Source: Balanoglossus misakiensis (taxonomy: Eukaryota; Animalia; Hemichordata). Taken from it: a stretch of 64,000 nucleotides of DNA. Positions 1 through 20,900 of the stretch are shown here, one piece after another. The stretch spans positions 5,012,783-5,076,782 of the forward strand of contig CM082580.2 in NCBI GenBank assembly GCA_040954595.2, in the 5' to 3' direction. Each line of letters begins with the position of its first letter. The first letter of the stretch is position 1. The notes under the pieces were generated by a model. The model saw only the letters and a list, made by a program, of their open reading frames with translations, had not been told where the DNA came from and did not search any database. Both the position numbers and the translations under genes were made by a program.

Positions 1-795
1 CTAATCCGTGGCTTGGTAATAATACTTCTGCCAACAGTTGTACAGATATTTTTGACAGACAGAAAAACTGTCAAGTACTGGCACACACTTGGTGCGTTGA
101 CACTGTTGAATTCTTTTGAGAACTCACTTGACTAAGAATACCTATTCCCATGCCTGTACAAGAAATTTATTTTCTGTCGAGAAGACGCTGTCAGCTATGC
201 GAGAGCCTTGATAGACATACAGTAAGCACGACTTTGTTAAGAACTTCCGATCCGAACAAAAAGCCTACCTCAACCAATCAAATTGGTAGGTACATACGAG
301 TTTCAAACTACAAGTGTACGTGTAGGTACAGTGCCATATACAAAGTGATTCATGATTCACAGATGGACATGGGTGCAAAGCTTACATTGAGTAGAAACAG
401 GAATATGTACAAGTCTAGTCTCACTTGTACATTTAAGTCTTGGAAGGGGGGGGGGGGTATGTTTAAAAAAAACAGAGGGGTAAATGATGTCCTCACACTA
501 CCGAACATTTCTCAAATAGCATCTGAGTAAATTTTCCTACACATTACAAGATAGCACCAAAACAGAAACTTTTAATGTCTGGAATAAAAAAAAAATAGCT
601 GGAATCCCTATCAATAATCAATCATAATCGGTACTATCAATTTACTAAAAACCTTGCAATCATGTATGACATGTCTTTCTTCGCACTGCATCTTCCTGGA
701 CTGGCATCTTCCTGTATGTACTAAGTTTTACTCTAGTGTCTATCACTGTGTATGTTTGAATATTTACATTCCACACGAATGAACTACCGCATGGG

Positions 796-9104
<8,309 letters not shown>

Positions 9105-9654
9105 TTTGAGAGAGCTATTGAACACGAATGACCCTTGACCCTGCCAGAAACGCAATCATATGATCTAGCATCGGAATCAGAATCGTTATCGGATGAAATT
9201 TCCCTGTGCCATCATCACTTTCAGAATCAGAGTCAGACCTGTACGCAGGGCTTGGCTTGGCGTTACCATGGAGGTACCCGGGTAACATGCATTTAAAAAG
9301 TGATATAATAATCAATCACGCAGTCATTGCGTAATGAACTAAACAAGGTACACACGCGGATGAATGCTGTTAGTAATAATGTTAGTACATTGTAAGTATT
9401 ATAGTAGGCCTATATGCCTACTCAGGCAGTTCTGCTGCGTTGCGTGTAGGGGTATTTATACCAAGAAGACAAAGCTATTTTTAGAACGCGCTTTTGATTG
9501 GCCAGCTCGACCCTACCCCATACACTGAGCACTGTGAATGGTCGAGAGTTAGGCATGACGTGTTTACTATATTTGAGTCTGAGACTCAAAGAGGATATAA
9601 AGTACTCTCGTTCTTTACCACGCACAAAATTTGAAGTCTCTCAAATGTGAAACC
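9105..9654. promoter_or_regulatory. Probable bidirectional promoter between OXSR1 and the Cdc42-like gene
   Basis: Divergent ATGs only ~550 bp apart; CCAAT (gattgg ~9496) and CRE-like TGACGT (~9556) motifs present. Confidence 0.55.
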
Positions 9655-11261
9655 ATGTCTGTTCATAAATGCCTGGTCGTCGGTGACGGCGCTGTTGGAA
9701 AAACATGCATGTTGATAAGCTACGCAACGAATAGGTTTCCGATAGACCACATACCGACGGTGTTCGAGAATTACGCAGGTGAGAGATTGTTGTTTACTTT
9801 CGTTTTTAATAGTTTAGATTTTTGGGGGAAGAGGGTCTTGTCGGCGATTAAAAGTGAAATTTGTTAAAGATTGACTTCTTGATGCCCTGGATTCACAAAA
9901 TCACTCCGACATACTTTATATCTTTATTCGGGCACAGACTTAGAGTGCAATACAATGGAAATTTGAACCTTTTGGGTGAGACAAAATATTTTTTCCACGT
10001 TTCGCGTCATTTCAACGACCACAGCACTCGAGATTCTGTCATAAACGCCATTTTTTTCTGTTCATACAGTACCATTTTCCATTCTATTTTCGATTTCAGC
10101 TTCTTTAACAGTAGAAGGCGCGCATCACACACTTCATCTCTTTGACACAGCAGGGCAGGTAATTAAAACATTCAACTAATAAACCAATTAAAATCGACGC
10201 AATAATATTGTGTGTGTGTGTTTTTTGTTATAAAATAATATGTCAAATGCATATAGTGAAAGAGTACACGCATTCACTCAGTACGAGTAGTACACTAGAT
10301 GCGAATAAGCAGCAAAGCTTTTGCACTAAAGTTCTTTTTCGAACGCGTTTTAGACAAAGATCAAAAACTATTATTGGATGACATTGCCAGCTTTTCATCA
10401 CAGTTTTATTATTGTTTTACTGCAACTTGAAGTACTAAGGCCAAGATACCCGTAGAGCTCAATGAGTAAAGTGAATTTATTATTGGCGCATTCCCTATTT
10501 GTATTTGTTTGTCCGTCTGTCTGCCTTTTTGTTTGTTTGTTTGTTTGTTCGTTCATTGATTCATTCATTCATTCATTCGTTCGTTCGTTCGTTCGTTCGT
10601 TCGTTCGTTCGTTCGTTCGTTCATTCACTCACTCACTCACTCACTCACTCACTCACTCACTCACTCACTCACTCACTCACTCACTCACTCACTCACTCAC
10701 TCACTCACTCACTCACTCACTCACTCACTCACTCACTCACTCACTCACTCATTCATTCATTCATTCATTCATTCAATCATTCATTCATTCATTCATATTC
10801 TTATGTATTTACTATAGGAGGAATATGACCGACTTCGAATTTTATTTTACCCGATGACCGACATCTTTCTCGTGTGCTTTTCTGTCATGAGCCAATCATC
10901 GTTCGAGAACGTGTTCGAGAAATGGGTGCCGGAAATTGAATTGTATAATCCGAACACTCCGTTCCTATTGGTTGGTCTGCAAATTGACTTGAGGCAAAAC
11001 GATAGTGTCACAGTTCCTTCGCAACCATGTTATAGAAAGCCGGAAGAGAAAGAAGAGGAGAAACCAATAACGCATGCGCAAGGACTGCAGGCCGCCCAAG
11101 AACTTGGAGCCGAACTTTATGTCGAATGCTCTGCTTTAACACAGGAAGGGTTGAAAAACGTGTTCGAGGAAGCCGTCTTATGTTCGCTGAACCCAAGGAA
11201 GAAAAACGGCAAAGCCAAGAGACGGTGGCTGAGTTGTCTGTCACCAAAGACACTGCGCTGA
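9655..11261 (+). CDS. Cdc42-like Rho-family small GTPase, 3 exons
   Basis: Exons 9655-9778, 10100-10158, 10818-11261. G1 GDGAVGKT, switch [11 protein letters not shown]3 FDTAGQEEYDRLR, G4 VGLQIDLR (Cdc42-type TQID), G5 ECSAL; polyA signal AATAAA at ~11391. Confidence 0.92.
10525..10795. repeat. Compound tetranucleotide microsatellite (TTTG/TTCA/TTCG/CTCA)
   Basis: Successive blocks of 4-mers in GTPase intron 2, running up to the acceptor. Confidence 0.97.
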
Positions 11262-11421
11262 TTCATGGCCTAATATTTACACTCGTATACTAAATTGCCA
11301 ATTTTTTTTTGGGGGGGGGAATAAGCTTTGCCTCACCACGCAACTGATATAACCCGGAAGAGCCTTAAGTTTTTAAAATTGTTGACACCTAATAAATGGC
11401 TGTGATGAATCGTTTGTGTGC

Positions 11422-11505
11422 GTCAGGATGGCCGAGCGGTCTAAGGCGCTGCGTTCAGGTCGCAGTCTACTCTTGTAGGCGTGGGTTCGAATCCCACTTC
11501 TGGCA
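11422..11505 (+). tRNA. tRNA-Leu (CAG)
   Basis: GTCAGGATGGCCGAGCGGTCTAAGGCGCTGCGTTCAGGTCGCAG...GGTTCGAATCCCACTTCTGGCA; long variable arm; one G-U change in the acceptor stem relative to copy 2. Confidence 0.9.
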
Positions 11506-12157
11506 GTTACATTTTGGACTTTTTGACAGTTATATTTTGGACTTTCTTAAGAATTTGTCAGGAAAATGATTCCCAAAGACTGTATGTTGCTAATTGCTAA
11601 GTTGTTTTACTTCTGATATTTACATTTTGGACAAAATTTGAAGAATCTGTTAGAAAACTGCGACCATTTTTGTTGTATTACTGATGTGGCGATTTCTATA
11701 GAAAAAATGTACTCATTTTGGAAATACATTGAATCAGAAATCAAGATTGAGTTAGCTGCTTTAGCTAAGACACACAATCTATATTCGGTGTGTGTGGACA
11801 CCGCTATTCCTATCCGCGTGGATTAGAACCGAGACAGATGTTTGTTACGGACACATAGACCAGTGAAGAAGGAATAAATTCCGCGACCATATTATTCTGT
11901 ATTCACACATGATGAGTGATGTTGGATTTCACTACTTTGGGATCTTGAAATAGATTTGGGGAAGAAGGATCTTCATTCGTCTACATACTTTATCTCATGA
12001 ACTATATATGCGCTGCACGCCTCAGATATACCAGGGTGAGATAAATCTGGCGTCCTCCTCGTGTACCCCTCGTACCCTGTAATACATTTACACCACCAAT
12101 TTTGGATTTATTATTCGTCCGCGATTTGTAATTGGCCAGAGAGTATTGACCGTATAC

Positions 12158-12241
12158 GTCAGGATGGCCGAGCGGTCTAAGGCGCTGCGTTCAGGTCGCA
12201 GTCTACTCTTGTAGGCGTGGGTTCGAATCCCACTTCTGACA
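12158..12241 (+). tRNA. tRNA-Leu (CAG)
   Basis: Canonical metazoan Leu-CAG sequence ending CTTCTGACA, followed by a T-run Pol III terminator. Confidence 0.95.
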
Positions 12242-13095
12242 AATATTTTTTTGGAAGAATTTATCAGGAAATGATTTCCACAGACTGTATGTTGGCAATT
12301 GCAATGGCGCTTTTACTTTTAAAATAACCATTTGCATTGAGACCTAGACTAGCCCACTAGTCGCTTGGTGAACTTTGGAATCTCAATACTTAATGTGTGT
12401 TTGCGGAGATGTTTGTCTTTATTAATAATCTCAATACTTTTTGTGTGCATGCTTGCCTTGAGCGTGTTTCTGTTAGTGAGGCGAGTTTCGAATTTGGGAC
12501 TGAGCTCATGGTTTCGGGTAGCGTCGACCAATCACCACGTGGTCCAAGAGCCGATACTGAAAATGTATGATTTTCTCCCTTTATGGATTATCTCCCGTTA
12601 GCAACAACAGAATGATCGGTTTCCTCAACCAAACAACACATCGCCGATTCTCTGTAGATAATAGCTTTGCCTTTGTAATGTCTATAAACCAGTTTTTCTT
12701 ATTCTGTTCATTCATTCATTCATTCATTCATTCACTCATTCATTCATCCATTCATTCATTCATTCATTCATTCATTCAGGCAGGCAGCCAACAATTCTTC
12801 TTCCACCTTTCATTATCTTGCCAGTCATTCAGTATAGTCAGTCCATGATTTGGCCAATATGCGTTTGTCGTTTATTTAGTAACGTCACTTTACGTAGCTG
12901 TCCGTCTCTGTGTGAGTCTGATCATGGACATGGTTCGCCTTGTGTGTTGATGTGGGAGGGTGTGTGCAGTATACAATCAGTCACACGCATAGGTTGTTTG
13001 CTTTGACGATTTAATTGAATGAAATAGATCCCAAGTTTACTCTTGGTGGAGTTTTGTGGCTATGGCACTCTGAGACGACTGCATAAATTATCTTT

Positions 13096-15870
13096 TCAAA
13101 TCGAACAAATTGCGCAAGAGAGCTCATAGCCATGGACGTAGGGGCCGCACGGCATACCACTGTAGGTAACGCAGGTACTTTCGACAGAGTACAGACGACC
13201 TGTAGAATAGGAGGAAGAGTACGTGCTGGGCACGACTTGGCCGGCAACATCAACGCACACGTACTCCGATGTGCTACTCCCGGAATACAACGACGACATC
13301 AGATACCCGTGATACTCTCTGCTCCAACCACTGGGACAATCATCGCGAGCTGGGTACAAAATCTGGCTCTGGCGAAACTCATGCAGACACACCGCACAGG
13401 GTACGGCGGAATACCTGCTACTATAAAGCGGGCCAGATGTAGTGCGGTACTTGATGGCGTAGACACGACCACGATCACTTTGTTGACCACTGGAAATAGC
13501 TGTGCTGTTGTACCTGGGCAGTTCGGGCAAACACAAGTAGTTTCCGCCACTGCCATAGTAATTGTAGTAAGACCCCGCCATTATCCCTGGGAGAAAAAAA
13601 AAACAATAAATTAAAAAAGGCGACATTTAAAAAACAATGACCGAATCCCTAACAGGCAGTTATTGATAGGCTCACGTTAGTGAATGCCGAGTAGCCGAGT
13701 TAGTTAGTTAGGCTATCTCCCGCTCACCACCGCTGTTACCATGGAAAACTGACATTAGCCAATCACAAACTATCAGTGGTTGGCACGTGCGAAAAAGTGC
13801 ACTATCACACCGCCATTCAAAGACATACACACTCCCTTTTACCATATGGGGGCATATGTAAATTAGTGGAATCGTTAATTGTTGAGTAGTGTTCATAACT
13901 CACCTTTGTACACCACCTTGGCTATACCCGGACATGAAGTATGACCCCAACGTGTGTATACGAGACCGTTGAGCCCTGTAATGAATGTGGAGAAAAGAGA
14001 TTGTCACAAACATTCAATTTGCTTGACAAATGCTTGCAATCAGTGTGTTTGTGTGTGTGTATGTATGTATGTATGTATGTATGTATGTATGTATGTATGT
14101 ATGTATGTATGTATGTATGTATGTATGTATGTATGTATGTATGTATGTATGTATGTATGTATGTACGTATGTTTGCAGATTAGCGAATAGTCTTTCTTCA
14201 AAAATCAATTCGATTTCGAGCGTCGATTTGGATATCTGATGAATAAATCCGAAATTCTCGACATGTACAGTTAGACAAGTTCGTTGTAAAGTTTTTTTGG
14301 GAATATTTAGGTAGATGTTGATATCTAGTTTACCGTCTACATTGTACTTATTTTATCCGACTTGGAAATCTTTGATCTTTACCGATATAATCGTCATCTC
14401 GACTCGTGCTATTTAATCGGTGCGGTGGTCGTGCTTCACAAATAAAAATGCCAGAGTGTGTGGATTGTGTCCGGGGAAGGACGCTTATTGAAATAATATG
14501 AGTTTTACCTTTTGGACAGGACTGTTTCTTAGTGCCAACATCACAGTATTCCCAGCGCACCGTTGAATCGATGGTATAACACCACGGCCGTGGAGCCTTG
14601 TCCATGTTGCGGCAGTAGTTGTGATCACCAACACCGGTGGTGGTGTGTTGGTGCGGAGACTGTGACGTCCACCGTTGACAGGTTCGGCCCGAAACAGTCC
14701 TCGACACCATGCCTTGGTAGTCTGACCCGTTATCTTGGGTGTAACATTCGCTAGCTTTGGGCGGAAAAGCACAAACAGATAATCAGGGCGTGCCCTGAAC
14801 ATGGTCTGAAAAGTTTGACTAATTTCAGAGCATTACGACAGGCTTGAATCGGGCCTGGTAGTACAGAACAGCATTCAGCGATGAGATTTCTGAGACGACG
14901 TCCTGTCTTGGCGCTTCGTTCACTATCGAAATTACAGAAATCTGGGATATCAACCTACAGCTGCAATTACTTGTTTTCCGCGTACTGACATCATCACATG
15001 CACAGCATGGCGTGCCTTCAAGGTTTCGATCTGGGCACGGACAAATACTCCTTGTTGTTGGAAGTTAAAATACTATACGATTAAGAGTCAAGACACTTGC
15101 AGACTCGACTCGGCTACATACCCTGATTTCGGTCCGGGTCGTAGCGCTCACTCGATAACTTGTCATCAGTTGAACTAGCTTCAGTCGACTGAAAAAAAAA
15201 ATATGAACGAACCATGTCTCTTTACAGAAAGCGACGATCTGCGCATGTTAACATGCATCGAAAGCATTATCTCAGTTTCGTACTTCTAGTCACAAATATT
15301 CAGTGAAACTAGTCGTAGCTATGGTTCTAGATCGATCAGAACGTCTTCGTGAAATATGAGATGACAAGACGTGTTGAAGATGAACTCCACTTTACACATG
15401 AATGCAATCTGTACCACAATCTTAGACAACAATATTTAGCCAAATTTATTTCAACAGATTTTGATTTAAGGAAAGGGTGCTTAATGTTGGATGTACATTA
15501 AACATATATGTATGTATTCTCATATTGTTGCAATCCCTGAATGTAAACTGTATTTTGCAAAACATAGCACCAGCAACGCTTTCCGTTGTCCATGGGCCCA
15601 GGCCACAGTTATTAGATTATAGTAACATAAGTAAGTCGAGTTATATGTGACGGCAATTTGCAAACATAATGCATTGGAGTATTTCAAAGCCAAATGAAAG
15701 AACATTCGAACTAAAACAAAGGCGAAAATTAAATAAACCATAATAGCCATTCTAGGTAATTTTGATATAAGTCTTACCGCATCTACGTTCGCGGGCGCAT
15801 AGATATCTTCGCAGTGGATGAGAGCAACGCTCAGGCAACAGGCCAGAACGACAACCTGTCTTATCGCCAT
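13096..15870 (-). CDS. Secreted protein: signal peptide + Kringle + short-chain collagen C4 (collagen IV NC1-related) domain, 5 exons
   Basis: Exons 15870-15778 (MAIRQVVVLACCLSVALIHC), 15188-15122, 14754-14509 (CYTQDNGSDYQG..CQRW..NYCRN..PWCYT..WEYC), 13975-13904 (YTRWGHTSCP), 13586-13096 (GGNYLCLP..VPCAVC..YPARDDCPSGWSREYHGYLMS..YVCVD..ELSCAICSI); phases compatible. Confidence 0.85.
14059..14170. repeat. (TATG)n microsatellite
   Basis: Direct reading. Confidence 0.97.
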
Positions 15871-18335
15871 GGTCTTCAACGTACTGCAGTTAAGGAATAA
15901 CAGCGAGAGAGCTAATGTTGTTCTGTGGCCTAGGTTCCAAGGAACTTTTATTCCCTCCGAGCTACGTCATGTGGCTAAAACATCAACGTGTGCACAAGTT
16001 TGTCACGTGATGTGCATTGTCCAACCGGTAACGCGAAGCGCTTCTCCTATTTACAGAATGCCGCGCGGTACCAGTCTGCAGCAATGATCACTACAAATCA
16101 CACTGTCGTCACGTGAACATGTTGACTACGACAGACTTTCAATGAGTCACCGAATGCCCGAAACGCATAGCCATGTTGACACAATAAGACCCAGTTCGCT
16201 TCACTTATCCCGCATGCTGTGTTTTTACCAAGAAATGCCTCGAATTCTATACTCCCGCGCCAACGTTGTCACTGTTGAAACGTCATAACCAAGTCACATA
16301 TATCAACTTAGTGGACCACGTGGACTAGGTGGATTCCGCCCACTTCCAACTTTGTAACTTTAGTTATCCATTGTGACGCGTGAATAATGAAGTTTTGAGG
16401 CTGGGCGGACCCACACCCACAAATTACGTTCATTGTTCTGCCATACTGTTCCACAATTGTACATATTACATGTACTAACCAACTACTTCAGGGGGTTTGG
16501 ATGCCCTGTCTTTATAGGAAGCATTACATGTACTGTGTACTCTTCAAGCACCCTTACACTGTGCCAGTCAGATCATCGCCGGAGCCGAATCTCCGCTTAG
16601 TTTCCCTAGATAGTGTGAGAGAATAGCATCAATTTCACAGGTTTGTGTGTGCCATGTCTATCAGGAAGCAGAACTTTACTCGCCAACCACTCCTACACTT
16701 TGCCAGTCACTTCAATGTAGATCGAAGATTAGCGCTTATGGTGTTAACAGTTATGTGCGCACGTGGTTAAAAGATACAATGAAACAGTGAGAGACGAAGG
16801 GAGTCAGACTAAAAATTAAGACAGTTGTCATAAACGGGAACAGGTAGAAAATGCACAATCGATTTATTGTGTTTTATTACATTTTATGGGTAACGATTGT
16901 AAATTAAACTAACAATGTAAAAGTGAGTGCGAGGGGAAATGGCGCAGTACATTCACTTGATATTTACATTTGGTGATTGGAGTGTTGTAAACCAATACAT
17001 TCTGGTTTGTGGTCTTCAAAATCCAGTAACACATTGCAGATTATACATGGAACAGCGAACGGGCAAAACGTTGCCTATCAATTGTAGGTTTTAAGCCCAT
17101 AAAATTTAGCAACGTTGTTTATTTCAGGTGTGTCAACTTTCCACGAGACTGCATTCCATTTCCGTCGACAAAATCGAGTGGTGACTGTTTAGTATTTTGA
17201 ATTTGCAAGCATGTGTGGGTTTTATTGCAATTCTTATAATTTCAGCAAATGTGTGTTAAATATCCAGTATACACGGCCATTTACAATTCAGCAAGTGGGC
17301 ACGATAAAGAGAGGTGAACGTGCCAGCAACAGTGTTACCAGACCATTCATCTACCTTAAGAAGAGTCGTTCGGATTATAAACATACTCTGAAGTCGGCCC
17401 ATATATTTCAGGTTTTGGAGCATGTGCCTTGTGTTATTTTTTCCATAATTATTGATTGCAGCAAAGTTAATTGTTCTAAAAAGAGTGGCGGAATGAACCT
17501 AAAACGTATATCATAAGGTCCATCTATAACACAGCAAAATAATCACTACAGCTGATTGGTCACTGGCAGGCATACTTTTCATAATGAATCTTCATTTGCA
17601 TAATGTATTTCTTCAGCAAAGTTAACAAATCTCATGAAGAAATGATGATGATTAATGGTCAGCATTGTTTCTGTTGCAAAATTTGAATTCAAGTCCGGAC
17701 TTGAGCAAGAAATTGCGTTTAACTTGCAGAACAAAAATACTCGAAATAGAGCTAAACTTTACAGCTAATGTCCCTTTAAAGCAACCTAAAAACTGATTGA
17801 TGATACCGTATCTTGGTTACAGTAACCGAATATTACAAGGGGGCACAACGGAAAGGCGGGATCGGTGTAAGCTGATATTTACCTTTTTTGGTTTCTCAGT
17901 GAACCGGAAAACATTGGTTTATGGTCTCCGAAACGTACGTCATATTTACATGAAAGGACTGAAGTGTTGTAAATCGGCAAACCACTTTATGATCTTTGAA
18001 ATATGAATACCGTCTATTCATAAGCATGCCACAAGGGAAAATGTACTATTTCAAAATATTTTATTCAGTGTTTGAAAGTCCTAAGCTATTTTTAAAACAT
18101 TTTTGCTGAATACGTGTCCTGTTTGGATTAAATTTTTGTCCAAGATTTTCCATCGACAAAAAATCAGCAAACGGTAAGCAACTTTGGACTTTGCAAGAAA
18201 GCGTGATGTTCGACACATCTTGTTTACTCTTAACAAATTAGTAATCTCCGCCTCGATATTGATTCTTCAGTTTCTTCCCAGCAATACAATGTCCGACGAG
18301 ATTTGCTTCGTATTGGAGTTTTCTGTAGATTACTA

Positions 18336-18423
18336 TAGTCTGGTCCCCTGCCCCAATCCCACCGCTGGCTGCGCCTTTAGCGTAGCGCATCCAGCGGTGA
18401 GATTGGGGCAGGGGACCAGACTA
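18336..18423. mobile_element. 88-bp palindromic hairpin element with 10-bp target duplication
   Basis: tagattacta|TAGTCTGGTCCCCTGCCCCAATC...GATTGGGGCAGGGGACCAGACTA|tagattacta. Confidence 0.85.
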
Positions 18424-19179
18424 TAGATTACTAGTTTTCGTGTTTCCGTGTTAATTAGGGGCCAGTTGACGTCTACATTACTCGAGGCGTTATAAATCAG
18501 AAAAGGGGCTGTTTGCTTTCTCTGAAATAGAGTTGATTGATATTTACAATGGCCGATTGAAAGTGTTGTAAAACGGTGAAAAACACTTTACGGTGTATGC
18601 AATATGAGACATAAATTACAATTGTAACCCAGAAAAAGCGGACTAGCTTAAATTTTATGAGTTCATCATGTCACGTGATTGATCAGGACTGCATGTTTTG
18701 CACGACACTACGAAATGTCAGAGAGTGGGCCGTTTTTTTTCTTTTTAAATGTGGCATTTTGGCCAGTCTACCATAATACCATAATATTCAATTAACATCA
18801 ACTTTTACCAACAAAGAGAACAAGTCTATATCCACAAAAAGTCAAGGTTTGTGTGTGCAATGTTGAATTTGCAAGTACCGTACATGTATCTGTTGATTTT
18901 GAAACTTCTGATAACTCACATACCATGATTCGCGCTTTGCTTGGTAAACCTGGGGTGAACACTTATTTAATAATCGACAACCTGATCATAGTTCAAGAAT
19001 GACTGAAAGGATGATATTTAAAGAATGCACTTTGTACTTGGGGTCTTATGCTGTGTTTAAAGGGTAAAGCCACGCAAATATATAATTTTCAACGCCATAC
19101 AACACATGCACGTGTTGGGCACTTAGGAAACGGAACGCGGAAACTGTTGTCTGATATTCATCTGATTCCCAGCAACCAC

Positions 19180-19268
19180 TAGCCTGGTCCCCTGCCCCAA
19201 TCCCACCGCTGCCTGCGCTACGCTTAAGGGCGCAGCCAGCGGTGAGATTGAGGCAGGGGACCAGACTA
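19180..19268. mobile_element. Second copy of the palindromic hairpin element, 9-bp target duplication
   Basis: agcaaccac|TAGCCTGGTCCCC...GGGGACCAGACTA|agcaaccac; loop inverted relative to copy 1. Confidence 0.85.
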
Positions 19269-20900
19269 AGCAACCACCACCCGCCGACTCACGGTGGCAT
19301 ACCATACCCACAATTATTCGGAATAGGCTACATTTTCTTTTTTCTCCTCGGTATGTAGTGAAAATCATTTCTCATTAATCATTACAGGCGTCACACTTTG
19401 CGGGACCGCATGCTACTGGCCCTGCGCGCGCATGGTGACTAAAGCGTCACTTCCGGAAATCAAGTGAAAACAATAACAATACTGTGACTACTGCTTACCT
19501 AAAATTTAATCTCCCCGGCGCGGCGGAGTACAATTTTCTGCTCGTCTGTGAGAGCTCCCGTAATTAGCCGCCTTATTCGTGGAGCGGCAAACCGTGGTAC
19601 GGTCCGATCGAATTCTTCTCGCTGACATGATTCGTTTACTCACGTCGAAAGAGTGGCGTGGCGCGGCGTTGTATGGGGAGCGGTACAACTAGTAATCTTG
19701 ATCGTGATTGGACTCGATTCTTGGACTATATATTACGCTAGAGGGCGCAATTTCCGTATTAAACTGTTTATTTTTTCTCTGGGTCGAAAATCACGGCAGC
19801 CGAATAACACTATGGGAACCGCCATGTACTCAGAACAACCAGAAAAAACAATCGGTAAATTTGTTCGAAAGAAGAGAAAAAACACCACATAAAAAAACAC
19901 CACATATCATGTTTAGCCGGTCCTTGCTGCAGTTTTGTAGCCCCACGACTCCCCTTGACGATTTTTGGTTTCTACGGGGAGGCGGGAGCTACAGATGCGA
20001 GGCGTTGTTTTTCACACATCAGCGATCGAGAAATCGGCCGGAGCATAGACCCTATGGTCGGAGCGAATTTCTACACTCCAATCCACAATTTTCCTGCCAA
20101 CTCGCTTCCGGAATTCATTCCGCACTTAACTGGCAAAGGTTTGTCGCGGTATTTGTCGATTTTACCTACGTTTTCCCAGTTATTCAGATTTCCGTAGGTC
20201 GCGCCGATGTATACACTTGTCGGACATGCAAATTCTTGAAACAGGGTGCTTGGCTTTTGGGCGTTTCTTTAATGTTCTTTAATGTAGAGGTCATGCTGAC
20301 CTTCAGCATTCTACCCATTTGCTACAGATTCTATTTATGTTGTGTATTTACGGCGACAAGTGGATGTTATCTCTGACATAATGGGTTCAACCACCTTTTT
20401 ATACATGTTGAACTCAAAAATGTAATCCCTTTTATGGGAATAATAAATTGTGTACTCAAAGTGTTTGTCCATTTACCAAAACAGCTAAACGTAATCCCTG
20501 CCTACTTCACAGCAGACGTCTGACAAAACACACTTCTTAGGTCAAGGGGGTGTTACAAGTGGGTGCTATCTTTGTGTGAACCCTCGTATTTCTACATCTT
20601 CAAAAATATTTTATATAAACTAACCTAAATTATCCTCTGAGAGGGGCAATGGGGCAAGTAGTTTGTACTTTAAGTCCCACCCACTGTGGTGGCTAAAACT
20701 CGCGCGACCTTTTTCAGATGCTGTGCCTACATAAATATGAAGGGAGGTTATGCAACCATATTTGAGAAGGCTTAGAATTTGACTAGAAAGAATAAAATGT
20801 GTGATATTGCGGGAGCAATTCCGGGTTGGGGTTTTTTTTTAACAGCTGAACCATGCGTGTTGGGCAAGAATTGGCGTGCAGACGACATGTCTCCCAACAG

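Noticed and set aside
14755-14955. Extra coding exon upstream of the Kringle
   Set aside because: Its open frame is not in phase with the flanking exons and ends in a stop.
19708-20376. 222-aa ORF, and an antisense VYIGATY stretch resembling GIY-YIG
   Set aside because: No recognisable domain, no ATG start, and the antisense frame is short and lacks the other nuclease motifs.
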